Source of the DNA: Raillietiella orientalis
Lineage: Eukaryota
Direction of reading: 5' to 3'
NCBI GenBank assembly: GCA_036172245.1
Contig: JAYWIR010000008.1
Coordinates: 186,001 to 250,000, forward strand
DNA: 64,000 nt
The notes beneath the pieces are model-generated. The model saw only the letters and a list, made by a program, of their open reading frames with translations. It had not been told where the DNA came from and did not search any database. Positions 23,880-37,399 of the stretch are shown here, piece by piece. The stretch's first letter is position 1. Every line of letters begins with the position of its first letter. A program made the position numbers and the translations under genes.

Positions 23880-25200
23880 ACGAGAGAATGCCGAGTCGGA
23901 GACCAAGGTCAATGCATTCATTTGGTACGGTTTCTGTCCTTGTCTCAAGGAGTGCTGAAGACTGGACTTGGTCGTCGTCGAGGCCATCTGTGGAGTTTTT
24001 GTGCATCCACGAAACCATTTCCACCGCCCGCATGCTCGAATCCGTTCCTAGGACCAATTCCGTTTCCTGGAAGGAGGATGCAGAGATCCAAGCTTGATCC
24101 TGGACCAAACCGATCAGCGAGTTTGTCCTCGAATGTCCCAGTATCGAGTATTGCTCCGCCTCGTAGCCAGGGAAACGAAAACCTGTTACAGGTTCTCAAG
24201 CTCATGCGGCGACGACGATGAGCATCCCCAGTCAGCACCACTGATGACGCACCTTCCTTATTCGTCGTGCCTATTCGGAAAGGAACGAGAGATGAATTGG
24301 ATTTCAGAATCAAAGCGTAGCGACTGTGATTCGGAAAGGAAGATAGGATGAAAAGAGGACCAAACTATGATCGATCTCCAGCTTCGCCCAGAGGTTCCCT
24401 CTCTGGTATGTGAAAATCCTTCGACCGCTTGAACGAATTGGTTAGGGTCAGAATGAACGCCAGGAAGAACACCCCACGGGTTATGGCGGTGCAGGATTGG
24501 ACGCGGTCTCTATTTGGACATGAACTGCAGTTTCTTCGGCAGCTTCCTTGTCATTTGTTCCCTCTCTTTGTAAGGACTAGGAAGCTAAAGGTGCCTTTTC
24601 ATTCTCTGTGTTCTGGACTCTACGAAATCGCGGAAAGATGGAAAACGACGCTTGTTAGTTGGCAGCGGATGCGAATCTGCAGTAGAAGTTTCTCGGATCT
24701 CTGAGGGCAAGCTTGGATGGGACACTTGGAGGCACTTCCATTCCTTTCACGTTCCCGGTCCTTCCAGGTGGCGTCCTACAGATATTTTTGAATAACGGAT
24801 GCAGCAGTTGTGGAAAGATGAGTATCCTGACTTGGGATGGGGTTCCACGTGGAAGACCCAGCGTGGACCCGCAGCTTCTCTGTTCGCGTAAAGTCAGATG
24901 AAGAAGAAAAGGCAAAAGTTCCCCTGAGAGAGACTCGCCACTTTCTCTCGCTCCCACCGCGAAGCTTCCCGCTTCAGAAACTCGGGACATGTCTGGACGC
25001 GTGCGTCCTTGTCAAAGTGTCGATGGCATTCTCAAGGAGAACCCGTTCCTCCCATTGCCAGGAGTCATCAGCCACCGCAGAGTGCAAGTAGTCAGTTCGC
25101 GTTGCCGTCAGTCATCTCACCTACCTGACGGCGGAACGGGAGTCTGCCGTCAGTCCAGTGCACATTCGTCTACTTTCTGAGTCTATTGGTGGAAAGTTTA
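23880..25200 (+). mobile_element. Mosaic of decayed LINE APE and ORF1 pieces
   Basis: EFLCIHET (APE LQET-like, about 24000) and SHCQESSATAECK (zinc-knuckle-like, about 25060). Confidence 0.35.
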
Positions 25201-25491
25201 CCGAGGATAGCAACCCCGCTTCCAGCTGAGGTCATCATCGTCCTTCGGGATTTGCACGTGCACTGGAGTAAGGACACGCGGCCGGTAGATGCACATGAGA
25301 TGTTCATGTCCTGAGAAACTTTCCTTTGCCTTTCGACGCTAATAACGAAAGCGTGGGAAAGGAGGAAGGCAGTCTCGAGGCATCATTTCAAGAAGGGTCG
25401 AAGAAATTCGCGTAGATGTTCAGCAGCCCGGTGACCTCGCTAGTGGCTCAGTAGTGCTCTCACGCACCACCGAAGCGAACACAAGAATACG

Positions 25492-28006
25492 CAAGAAGGA
25501 GCAGCACTCGAAGAACGTACCGAAGAACGCCATCCCGAACGAACGGCGGCAGCCACACCAAGAGCGAACCGCAGGACGGACCAACTCTTTGACGGAGCAG
25601 CACGGACGAACCGCCAACTTTGCTCCCTTTTCCGTACTAAGGAGGGAGATCGGCGAATGGACTGATTCCGCAACCAGCGGTTACGGACTCCGACGTCCCG
25701 TGACGGCCAGACGAATCGACAGCCTCGTTCGCATTCACGAAGGCAACCCGCACGGGGTAATAGCCCTCGAGGGGGGAGCACAAGCGGAAGAGCTGCTCCG
25801 TATCCTGCCACGCACCGCGCGCGCTTCCAAGGGCATCCAGGGGTCGCAATCCAGCATCTCGCTTCCCTCCGGTGCCGATTCCAGGGTGTTCGGAAAAGCG
25901 ACACGGAGAGGCGGAGACCCGGGTCGCAAGGGCAGACGCCGCGAAGCGTGTCGATGACCACCAGCACGCGAAAAGATCCGTAGTGGGACGTGAGTTCCTG
26001 CTAGGACCGGCAGCTCGAGGGAACGCGCCTGCTCCAGACCCGTCCCGGGAACACGGGCAGTGGGGACACGCAAGAGGGAAACAAAAGCAAAGAAAGCAGC
26101 GCAGCTGGGAACTGCTGCTTTTCGGGAAACCTCGGCGATGGACCCTGCTCGAACCAGTGTATACTGGTATGCATTGGCATACACCGGCGGTGAAGTCCTT
26201 TGCGCGGGGAGTCGCAGCAGCCATCAGTCGACGCGTGGACCACCACCCACGAAGAGCTTGTTCCTTCTTTCCTGCAGCCCTGCAGGTGACGTCTCGCTGC
26301 TCGGGAAACCATGGAGGTCGGTAGCCTCCATGGTTTCGACCTCGGCCGGACCGCCCCGGGAAGACCGGGTTTGGCGCTGCAGGGCGAACGAACGGCGCTC
26401 GTCCCGGCCCCAGCCACGCTCTCCGCTCCCTCATCGCGCCGAGTGCCCTTGCCTGCGGTGGCCGCGCTCGGCTGCCTACTCATCGCCGCCACTGCTGCGC
26501 GGAGACGCTGGGGTGGAGAAGGCGCCCGCCGCCTAGCAACCCGCCTCCTGCGAATCCCGGCGAGCTGCACCCTCCTTGCCTCCCCCATCCCGAACCATCG
26601 CCCTCGTTTCATCTTCTTCTTGTCTTCCCCACTCCGTCCCCGCCATTGCAGATATCTCGCCAGCTCCCGGAGGGAGCCGGCAGACCCTGCACGTTCGTCT
26701 CCTCTTGCGGCACCCCTGCGTGACCGGGTGGAAGAAGCACGGCACTCGTCCCGACGAGGACTCGTCGGCAGGGCCGGAAGGACAGCGACAGCCGGCCGCC
26801 CGCACGCTTCGCCTGCTTCCGCGCCACAGCGAGCCGCGAGCAGTCGTTGCGGTGCCGGCATGCGAAGACGGGTCGCCGAGCGTGGCGCGAACCGAAAGTC
26901 GCCGCGAAGCGGCAGGGGCCACGTCAGGGAAGGAATGCGGGTGGCCGAGCTCACGGCGTCCGCCGGTGGCGCACTGGGAACGGGGAGGGATGGGTCAGCG
27001 CGCTTCGAGGATCGCGCCAAGAGGCCGAGGTGATGCGCGAGGGTGCGACGGACAAGATCTCCCAACCGTCCCTGCTGGAGGGAAAACGGAGCGAAAGAGT
27101 TCCTCTGCTGCTCGCGATGGGAGCGCCCGGTGGTGGCCATGTCTTCCGTGAGCTGCCCGGGAACACGGGAGCGAAGACGACGGGCAGGCCCGGTGTAGCG
27201 CGGGGGGTTCCTTCCGCGCCGTAAGAGTCCTGCGGCATACACGCGCTTGTCGTTCCGCTTGGAAACGGGAAAAGTGAGGCGTCTCTTTTTGTCTTTCGCC
27301 GAACCGGAAGCCTCGAGCAATGCTGGAGCCTAAGCTCTCGTTCTGTCGCCTGCGAAAGATGCATCATCTTGCGGTTTTTTGTCTACGGGAATGCGGCGGA
27401 AATGGGTGGGCTCCCCACCCATCCCGCTTCGTTACGGTGCGCCAGCAAGTTGAAATCGACCCACAGCGGCGCGCGGATCCCACCTAGCGCGTGGCACGCG
27501 TGGACTGTTGCGCGTCGTGCGAGGCAGCGGGGATCGGTGATGATCTGCTGGTGTTCGGTGTACGGACGGTCGTGGTCGTCCTCATGCTGAGCCGAAACGA
27601 AGGAACCTCACCGGATGCGGATCCCAAAAGATTTCTCTCCCGAACCCGTCTGACCCCTACCCCTCCCGGGCGTCGGTTTTGCTTGGAAACGGGATGGAAG
27701 ATCCGCGAAAAGCTAGAGGGCATCGGGACCTGCGAATGCCGTTTGGAACTTCCAAACTCCCTTCCCGCCTTTCGTGTCCGGGTGTTTCTTGGCGGGAGGA
27801 AGGGAGACCGTTCGCGCACGTGCAATCTCTGCCGTCGTTGGACGGCGGACCCGAGGGGTTTTGCGTGCACGTACACGATCGTGCACGACACCGAGCTTGT
27901 ACGTCGACGAGGGATCGAACGGGTGCTCGCTGGAGCAGTCGCAAGCAGGAGATGCGGGGACGGGCGGGCGGGATGTCGGGTGTCGGGTGGAACAAGTCGA
28001 GGTCAA
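25492..28006 (+). repeat. 2515-bp inverted duplication, arm A
   Basis: Reverse complement of 50173-52687. Paired ORFs map with a constant coordinate sum of 78179 (no indels) and have identical translations. Confidence 0.97.
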
Positions 28007-28009
28007 CAC

Positions 28010-28770
28010 GTCCGGGTCTGTGGCCGTTTGGCTGCGATCTCTGTGCGTGGCGCCAGGAGTCGCGGGTTCGAATCCCACCAGGGGAAGGATCGACGCGGAG
28101 CAATGAAGGATGTGGATCATGGGTTTCCAGTCCACCCTTCCGCAGGATGACTTTGGCTGGTCCCCTGACTTCAGGTGAAGCAGTACTGGTGGAAGTCAGA
28201 ACCCCCAAATGTCACTATTGACTGGCCTGGATTGGAAATGGACCTCTGGAGGTCTTCCAGGAATCAAGGAGCTCCGGTTCCCTTCGGAGTTCCTCTCCTG
28301 ACGTGAAAATGGAGCCTTTCCTCTTCTTCGGGAGGGATCCTCCATCGAGCACCATTGAACTGGCTAATATCACCTCGGAGAGTTGATTCTCCAGTGTTGA
28401 AAGGGACTCAGCTCCCTTTGGGGAGCGCCCTTCACAGGAATTTGGAAGTATCTGTTCGGGTTGTCTTCAGAGGAGCCAACAAGGTAGTTGCGGGTTTCCT
28501 TTGAAGAAGAAATTCAGGAGCTGATCCTTTATGTTTTTTTTGCGGAGAAATGAAGATTAACCTCCTTCGGGGAGAATAAGGAAGAGACTCCCTTACCAAG
28601 CGTAAGATAGGAACGGACTCCTTCCTCTGGAGCCATCCTGGATCCATATGTTGATCCCTCCGGGGTTACCCCCTATAAAGTGAAGCTAAAGAGCTTCGTG
28701 ACCTCCTCCGCTCCCCTTAAGGAGGCGAAGGAGTCTCTTCCTCACCCGGCGACCCGAAAAAATGAAAACC
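28010..28770 (+). mobile_element. tRNA-derived SINE (rod-structured family), near full length
   Basis: A-box-like TGGCCGTTTGG (28021) and B box GGTTCGAATCC (about 28065), followed by the shared body and an A-rich 3' end. Confidence 0.85.
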
Positions 28771-28899
28771 CCAGGGAAAGAAAGAAAGGGAAGGGAGGAG
28801 AAGAAGTCGGAAGGAAAACAAAGACAACAGAAGATCGACATGTGCGCGTGGAGTCGTTCTGTACGCATCACGCTTGACGAGTGATCAAGGAGACTATTT

Positions 28900-31800
28900 A
28901 GACGCTGTTATCTGCATCCAACTTTGGCTTCACCTGGAGAGTCCTTAAACTTCCGGCGGATGCCGATTGTGTCCAGGGATGTCTACACCCATCGCAAGCG
29001 AAAAGAAGAGGTAGCTTGGCAACCCAGGATGGAATCGCGTCCGGCAGAACGATCTCTGCGAAACAAGTCCGCAGCGGAACGGGTTTTTCCTTCGCGGTCA
29101 GGATGGCACTGGAGGGCTGCGTTTGCAAATGAGGGACACAGGTGGCGGATATTATGTGGTAGGAAAGTCCAACGGCCATCTCGAGAACGCGGACTGCAAT
29201 CCTTCCTGCACGTTGCTGTGTCTTGCTCCGCACCTCCAGAGTGTGGCAGCGCTCCTGGAATGATGGCCCACAAGTCCAGCACACAAGTTTCTTTCTTTCC
29301 TTTTTGGCACCCCCCAAGCGGACCGGCGGATCTCACCGGCCATCCGGCTGTCTCCTAGCCATCTCGTCCAGAATTCTTCGGACTTTGGCAGGGACTGGTG
29401 TCCTACTGTCTTTTATTCTTGTTGTGTGCTGATTGGCACGCGTTACTATAACCAGCCTCCAGAGCGACTTTCTCGAGCCTTCCATTCAAGTTGAATAAAT
29501 AAAAAATCCGCGGAGGCTCCAGTCCGGTGGTTTTGGTGGATGGCGCCTTGAAAAGTAAGACTCCGATGGAGGTCAGCGGGTTCATGCTCCCCTTTCAGCC
29601 TCGTCTTTCTTAGGCCGCAATCCGCCGACGTCGCGCGCATCCCCAAATGGATTCCTCAGGAACTCCGTTTCAAAGAATCTGCTCGCTGACGCATGATTTC
29701 TAGCTCCATCTCTTCCTGAGAACGGGCCGGACGAGCGCAGTCGATGATGAGTGCCGCGCCATCTGCATCTTGTACTTGTGGTTGAATCATTCGTCTCCTT
29801 TGTGGTCCCTCGGAAGTGGACGGCTGCGCATCCTCACCTTCTTGGTCTTGCTCACGTTTACTCTCATCTCTCTCTGCAGTCTTTGGTACTTTTTTCGTTT
29901 TTGTTTTTTTTTATCTTATTGCTGTTTCCGTTCAGCTCGGCGCCATAATACGCGTTTGGTCTAAGTAGCGCGCCTCGTGGCACGTTTGACTTCACGGAGG
30001 AGATCTTGTTGACCCGCAACACTGTCGGAAAGCAACCCCTTCAAACTCGGCTAGACCGGATGCAGTATAAACTGGTCCCACTCTTGCCTGTGGGGTTCGG
30101 TGATGCGGGCGCCCAAAGTGTTTCCGTGTTTCGTAACGCCCCGACCTCCAGCCGAATAAGGGCGCCATTCGCGTCAGAAATAAATGCAGTTGCGGACCGG
30201 TGGGTGCCGAGGGACACCACCCTCACTTGGGACAGGGCGAGAGAGGAGCGAAAGGAGAGCTGGCGAATAAGTAGGGAACGAGATGAACTTATCTCGAGCG
30301 GTTCTCTAGGGTCTGCGACGTCAGCAGGGTCGGGATGAAGGGACCGCCATGCTTCAAGCAAGGCGGTCTGCCCGCAGTTGCCCCGGGAGGCCTCGCGTTT
30401 CGCCTCTCGAGCATGGCTATCCCGTTGTTACCGGCGTGACCTTTTCACCCCGGGATGCCGGAACGCAATGAAGGCACGAACGAGTTCCACAACACTCCAG
30501 GGGCCGGAGTGGGCCGGTCCGAATCAGAAGGAGCGGAGCGGGAGTTAGGAGTCTCTTGTGCCAATCGCACATGAGATGGTGGTCGGCCCTTCTGGAGGAC
30601 TGTCATGTCCTTTCTCCACCGACGCAGCTGCCGCTGCTGGCGCGTGGCTGGCAAAGGATCACCATCGAGGGGGCGGACGTTCCTTTCGTCGCGTCCTGTG
30701 AGGAGCTGAAGTGACCTCGCGGTCGCTGACCCAGCCTCCCGCACTCGAATGCCACCTGAGTGGAGCGCCCTTCCTACCCCCGCTATACCACAGTGGGTGC
30801 ACCCCTTGGAGGCTCCCGGCGCCGGGGTGTGGTGGCGTTCCTCGTTGCCGAGTGGCTGAGACCGGCGCACCGGCAAGATGGCGGTGGCTTGCAGGTGCCG
30901 CAGAGCAAGGGTGGAGGAGTCCAGCAGGAAGTCCGGAGTGGCGATGCTGTTCTTGCACAGGATAGGTCCAGGCCAGTGTATCCGCCTGATCTGGGTCCTA
31001 GGGCACACCTTGGGGCGTAACCTCGCGTGCGGGCCGATACGATTCCCATTGAGAGCCAGGGCCCCGGTGGCTCCCGCGAGACTTCCCACGCTGCAGGAGT
31101 AGCGTGACCGCAGCGCGACCTAGCAGGCAGCTCGGTGCTCTTGAGTTTCGCTGCAGATTTTCGAAGCTGCATTTTGGTGACCGGAAGGCACACTGCCTGC
31201 CCGCACGCGACGGTATACCATCCGGAGATCTACGTGCGCTTCCTCAGTAACCTTCCCCTCTTTGCGGCCGCTCGCTGCCTCCGTTCAGCAGCATTACAGC
31301 TCCAACGCCGCATCTTTGCCAAGAGAACCTCCGAATACGGGGAAGGGACGAAGAGCTCCTGCGGCGCTTTCTCAGGGGACTCCGGGCCAATGACTGGCGT
31401 GCACTCGTCCGGAAGCGATGCGTTGACAAGCCGCATCTCCGGACCGGTCACCAGCTGCAGTAAGCTGCTGGTCTGGTCTCATTTCGAAGCTCCGGGGGAC
31501 TCCAGAGGACAGCATCCATCATGTGAAAGTGGCAGACTCGCCGCGTGGGAGTTCCGTCCGGAGCCCTGTACGGTGCAGCTCCTCACGAGCTGCTGGAACT
31601 TCCCAGGCGCAGGCCGCTGACAGGGCTGCACCGGAGAGGCGGCATCCATCCCTGCCCTCCTATTTTCGTTTCCGCAGGTCCCTCCGAGATGCGCAGCCAG
31701 GAAGGAGTCCAATGCTGGACCGCGGCCAGTTTCCTTCGGATGCAGGACACGAGGAACCGCGTCCGAGGAGCGCAACTTCCCAGGGGTAGCGACCCTGAGG

Positions 31801-31900
31801 GGCTGCGCGAGGACGCTTGAGGGAGAGGTGAGGGGGGGAACCAAGCAGTCGAAGAGACTGGCAGAAGCTTCCCTGCGTTCCTACCCTCGGGTTGCCGCAG
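28900..31900 (-). mobile_element. Heavily decayed LINE: ORF1 zinc knuckles, APE and start of RT
   Basis: In minus-strand order: CGTC...CAGLSHSA (about 30900), EAWRSLHPD (about 30350, APE), KTTGLEPPRIFY (about 29520, KSPG-DG-P-EFY-like). Confidence 0.5.
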
Positions 31901-32143
31901 GAGCAAGCACACCCTCGTTATGAAAAAAAGGTTCTTTGGACTGCATCAGAGACCACAGTGGTGGTGGGAGCACGCAGCTCCTCCCGGGGTCTCAAGTACC
32001 GCGCTGACGGCTATCGACGGTTTCAAGGATGATCCCATGGCCTTTGGTAGTCGCATCTCTGCAGCCGGCGGCTGATCCTTTGGGAAGGGTGCTTGCGCAG
32101 ATACATGAAGGGGGACGGGTTGGCACGCGGCAAGGGATGATTA

Positions 32144-33103
32144 TCACCCGGTTATGCCCCGGGGCAATTATTATATAAATATAATACAAATACATGGAAA
32201 TGTGGTAGAAGCCTTGGTTCTACCACGTGCAAGGAACCTGCCGAAGAGCAGCACACAGACCGGCGACGTCTCATTCGGCAGTGCGGGGGAGGGGAAAGCA
32301 AAAATGAAGAAACAAAACTGGGGGGGAGAAGACTTCTGTGGTCTCGTGGAGACAGCGTGGACTGCGAGGGACGAGGCTGGCGGCAGTGCGGCCCACGCAA
32401 GAAGAGGTCTTTGAAAATGTCCCTGGGGCCGCGTGCTGGGGTTCCTAGGATCATCGCGAGGCAATCACAAAGGGGTCAGAGGACAGCACAGTCCACCAGC
32501 AGGTGCGGGAGGGTCTCCTTCTTCCTGACCCTATCGCACTCTAAGCGTTCTCGCTAACCCGTGTCCAGTGGTGAAGGAGCCCTTTGCACGGGATTCCCCC
32601 GTGCGCCACCAGCAGCGCCAACATCTGACACTTGAGGGGGAGCGTGCCACTGTTCCAGCACGCTGAGAGCCGTTTTGCTTCCTACGGAGGGATGCCGAGC
32701 TGCCGTCCCAAGCGTAGTCCTTTAGGGAATACACTCGGGGTTGTAGTGTCGAGTTGTCCACTCCCCCGATGGTTTCTTCTGCTATGCAGCGTGTCGCTTG
32801 CTTCCCACCTTTTCGGGATCACGCTGCCCCTTGAGTCCCTCAGGAAAGGAAGGCAGCACTAGGGCAAGGAGGGTAGACGAGACTCATCGCATCTTCCAAG
32901 GGCTGCGGACGACCTTCTCCAACGACTTCCAAGTGCTGACGCCTCGCTGCAGGCAGGCGTGCCCCGCCTCGCTCGTGCCGTGGATCTTCCCCCAGGGAAA
33001 CACCGGCTCCTGGAGCCAGACAGTGCAGTTCGCGGAGAGGCAGGAGATCCAGGTGTTCTCCTCCGCCAGGGCAAGCACCTGGAGGAGTTGGTATTCGACC
33101 TAA
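32144..33103 (-). mobile_element. 5'-truncated L1/Tx1-like LINE tail with target-site duplication
   Basis: ENTWISCLSANC and ETLPHLLVDC motifs; flanked by AAGGGATGATTA at 32132-32143 and 33104-33115. Confidence 0.85.
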
Positions 33104-33115
33104 AAGGGATGATTA

Positions 33116-34050
33116 CCACCTGGTTATGCCGGGACATTTATTACTTGGGTAATAAAAATACATGTTGTAGTAGAACCGTTGGTTCTACCACGTGACATGA
33201 ATATACCGAGGACCGATACGCAGGCCGGCGAGGTCCGCTCCGGCAGCGTGGGGGAAGAGAAAACAAAAACACAAAGCGGGGGGGGGGGAATTTTACACGG
33301 GGAGGGTGGAGACCAAGGAAGGGATGACGATACGCTTCCAGACGTCCTCTTCATCTTGTCCAGGATGCCGGCAAATTCCGACCGGATGTCCAGGTGGGGC
33401 CATCTCGAGGCGGTCTTCTGGAAGATTCGCTCCCAGTGGATGGCGTCCCTGACGCTTCGGCCTCTTATTCCTGCGTTCCAGGCTGCTATGATTCCGCGGA
33501 GACAGCGGAGGACTGCGAGGGACGCGGCTGACAGCAGCAGTGCGGCGCGCGCGAAGGGGCGTCTGAAAATGTCCCTGGGACTGCGCGCCAGGATTCCCCA
33601 AAGGCCGGAGGGCATCACAGTCCACCAGCAGATGCTGGAGGGTCTCCTTCTTCTCGCAACTGTCGTACTCTGAGCGTACACGCTCCCCCGTGTCCAGTGA
33701 TGAAGGCGCGCTTTGCACGGGATGCCTTCGTGTGCCACCAGCAGCGCCAACATCTGACACTTGAGAGGGAAGTTGCCTCTGTTCCAGCACTCTGGGGGGA
33801 GCTTCGCCCCCTCCGAAGGAATGCCGGACCGCTCTCTCCAGCGTAGAATTCCGTGGGGTGGGACACTCGGGATCACAGCGTCCGTCACTTCCCGATTGGT
33901 CCACGTCCCCAAAAGGCTTCTTTTGCTGCAATGCAGCAAGTCACTTTCCACCTTGCTGGGATCAGGCTGTCCCTTGCGTCCCTTAGGGAGGGTAGCACTG
34001 GGGCAAGGGCAACAGGGAGTGATGGAAATCCCTTAGGGTTCTGCTCCCCT
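33116..34050 (-). mobile_element. 5'-truncated L1/Tx1-like LINE tail
   Basis: LVAHEGIPCKARLHHW...CEKKETLQHLLVDCDAL (zf-RVT); same 3' hairpins as the other copies. Confidence 0.85.
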
Positions 34051-34054
34051 GTTT

Positions 34055-34545
34055 GGTTTTTTCTTGGTTTCCAAGGAGTGCTGAAGAACCGTTCGCCTCC
34101 TCAGGGGTTGGAGGTCTCGAAACTCTTTAACTCTGTCCACGCCACCCCGGAGGGTGCGTGTCACCCCTTCAAGGTATAGCGGGTAACCCAGAGCGACCAC
34201 GCTATGAGTCCAGGAAGGCTCAGGAGGAAGAAGTCCATTCCTCTCTTACTCTTGGGGACGAACCCCGAAGGGAAAGCCCCTCTTCCTCATTCTCTCCGGA
34301 GGGGCCGGCCACTCTACGTTTCCTCTCTGAACCCGGAAAGGATCCGCTCCTGAAATTCCTTCTCCGGAGGGACCCCTCGGAAAGGATCCGCTCCCTGTTT
34401 CCTCTCCCTCCGATGAGGACCCCGAAGGGAAATGCTTCCCTATTTTCTCTGAAGGGCGCTTCCCGAAGGGAGCGGAAGCGCGCTTCTTGACACGCCAGAG
34501 AGGCGACCCCCTGAGAGGAATGTCCAAGCAGCTCCATGGTACACG
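34055..34545 (-). mobile_element. SINE body fragment (rod-structured family), headless
   Basis: Homologous to 12060-12500, with several CCCGAAGGG motifs (cUUCGg on the sense strand). Confidence 0.8.
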
Positions 34546-36424
34546 TGAGAGCACCAGTCCGCTGGTCGTGGCAGGCGTGGGTGCGAACAGAGCCCCCAAG
34601 AGTCCATTCGTTGCCTCACCCTTCCGCTTATGCCGGCGCAACGACTCGAACGTCCGAAGCCGCGCACAGCGACGGCTGTCGGCGGGAGAGGTGGCACGCT
34701 GAGAGGCACAGGAATGAGGGAGAGGGAATGCAATCGGGAAGGGGACGAGGGAACACAGCGGACGACGGCTAGCACGCGAGACTTCTCTGGGCGCGTGCGG
34801 CCGTGCTCGCTCCAGCGACGTGCCTCCTCCACGTGGTGCTCTCGGCAGCAGTGGACTTGCCGTAGCGGCTGGACGGCCAGCGCTCCCCATCCGTCTTCCC
34901 CTCGTCTTTGGACGCCGTCGGGATGAACTCGGCAGCAGCAGAAGAAGGAGAAGCATCAGCGGGAAGAGGCAAGGACGAGGAGGAAAGGATGGGAAGCGGT
35001 CAAGGAGAGAAGAACGGGAAGGAGGGGAGGAAGAGGGAGGAGGATAAGATGGAACTGAAGGAAGGAGAAAGACGAAGTCCCCTTACAAGAAAAAGGAGGA
35101 TGAGAGGAAAGGTACCTGGACTGGAGCGGGGGTCCTCTTGACCCCCTAATCCAGCCCAGATACCATCACAGACACTCCAGCAAGCGGAGTCCCTGTGATG
35201 CGGGGGCTCCACGGAGGGCATCGCTTGCAGGAGGACTTGTGCCGAGGGTCCAGGACGCCTTGGAGTAGGTGACCCGTGTGACGAGTGATGCGGGTCAGCA
35301 AGGCATTGCCTTGCACTGCCTTGCTACGGCCAACAGTCGCCACCCGGAAGGGAGGATGGGGGATCCCTGGACCAGGATCCACGCCGGCCTGACCGAGGTG
35401 CAGCGCTCCTCGAGGTGGCATCGCTGCAGGCAGGCAGGGTCACCTGCGAACCGAGCGTGGGTGTTCGTGACGAGTTCCGAACGAGTTCCTTTCTAGGCTC
35501 GTGTCATTTTTAACCATTTTAAGGCCCATGATCAACGCTTAAAAATGCACAGAAAGCACCAAAAAAAAAGGAACGATTCGGGAGGGACTCTATGGAGGTG
35601 TTCGGCACTGTTCTTGAGCCACCGTGAGGCGAAAGCGTTCACTCGTTTCGTCATGAGTCGGTGGGGTGTTGTCGAGTTCCGAGCATGCGCCGAGTGTCGA
35701 AACATTTTTTTTTCTCGTCAAAATGCGACGAGTACCGAGTTCCGACACTGTCGAGTACCGAGGGACCAGTGTATATATATATAATGTTTAATTAATTAAT
35801 GTTAAACGAACATTAGTTAATGAAACATTTTATTTTACGTCTGATACGTTTGATATAACATTTACAATAAAGTCCTGGAAGTTTTAGAGAAGCATGCTTT
35901 GAGAATATATAAAACCCGAAATCTTTAGATTGATAATGATAAGTGACGTGCAGCATAGTAAGGGCGTTTCGTGCGTTACGCAGGAGGTCGGAAACGGTGT
36001 TTCGTAAACGGAAGGGGTGAGGAGAGTTCTAGAAGAACCGAAGAACATTTTTGTGTTCGTACCACCGCGGTCCACCGGGCTCGTGGGCGTCGGGTGACAG
36101 CCATCTCGGAGGGCAGACTAGGGACGGAGACATGGCCACCCTGCCGCTTGCCCCGCCGCTGGCTGCAACACTTCAGCACGCACTTCCGTGCACAGACACG
36201 TGCACATCTGCCGTTTCATCACCCGGTGTCGAAATGAACCCAAATGAAAATGCGCCATTCATTCAATATGTGGATTATGGAAATGATTATGTATTTAATA
36301 CCAGCAAGCATGGTTACCAACGTGTAGCACGAGGAGTCTTAACTAATTACTTGGCTGTTCAGCCACTCCTTACCACATTTACATTACAGCTGGCTTGTAG
36401 CGTAGCATTTGTAATTATCGCTGC

Positions 36425-37144
36425 CTATCAAAATTCCGACTGCCGAAATGTCGAAGGATGCGGAAAAGTAAATGTATGTGTTCACTTCTATATATTAGAC
36501 TATGAAAAATAAATAGATATGTTCGTTATATGCACTTGCATGTAGATTAGTGTATATAAATTCATTTTGACATACATATTATTAATAAAATGAAAAATAT
36601 GCATTAATATATATATTAATATTATAAAGAATAAATGTATGTTTTAATTGATATATATTTATTACATACATAAATATATATTAAACATATGAACGAATAT
36701 AAACATAATTGTAATATAATATAAATCGTAATCGTAAATAATATAATATGAATTGTAATTTCTAATAATATAATATAAATTATCGAATTATGAACATATG
36801 TAATTATCAAACGATCTGAATCCCGAAAATATCATTCATCATTTTCAGAGAAAAGTTTCATTTATTGAGTGTTTAATATTAAAAGTATGCATGGTAATAA
36901 ATATGAAAAAATATGTGGTAAAATAAATGTGTATATCAATCTATATCTGAATATACATATATATATATAATATTTATATTCAGAACATATATATATATAT
37001 TCGGATATAATTTCAAATACAGATTTATTTTACTTATACATGTATGTATAATCCTTACATTGTATATCGATATGATAACTAACCTACATCTTCATTTTTT
37101 ATGATCTTTCGAGACTTCGACTTCCGGGATTTTGAATCAAACCC
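36425..37144. mobile_element. AT-rich MITE with ~30-40 bp TIRs (superfamily uncertain, MULE-like)
   Basis: TCAAAATTCCGACTGCCGAAATGTCGAA ... TTCGAGACTTCGACTTCCGGGATTTTGA; same ends as 58767-59243. Confidence 0.7.
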
Positions 37145-37399
37145 ACAACATCTTTGAGAGAGAACTGCTCTGATGTATGAAAACCCTGAACGTCTAGAAC
37201 TTATATAGAACATTCCATAATGTGGCAAGGAAAGACTGGAATACGAAAAGGTGTAGAATTTATCAGGATTGCCAAAGACTAAATTCAGGAGGTTCACAGT
37301 GTTTTCAATGTTTACGTTTAGCACGATGAATCGAAATCGTCATGGAAAGAAAGCTGGTTTTCGTGCTCCAATCATCAATATATTCATTTGGTAACTGGA

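Noticed and set aside
26001..27320. 439-aa ORF (and its twin at 50859-52178) and other long R/G/P/S-rich ORFs
   Set aside because: Overlapping ORFs in all frames of GC-rich repeat DNA with no domain motifs; identity between the twins only reflects the duplication.
28015..28085. SINE heads as functional nuclear tRNA genes
   Set aside because: No complete cloverleaf, copies are diverged, and each runs into the shared repeat body.
34220..34537. Deltavirus antigen-like string ERKRRVAGP in the SINE body
   Set aside because: Not conserved in frame in other copies; attributed to purine-rich composition.
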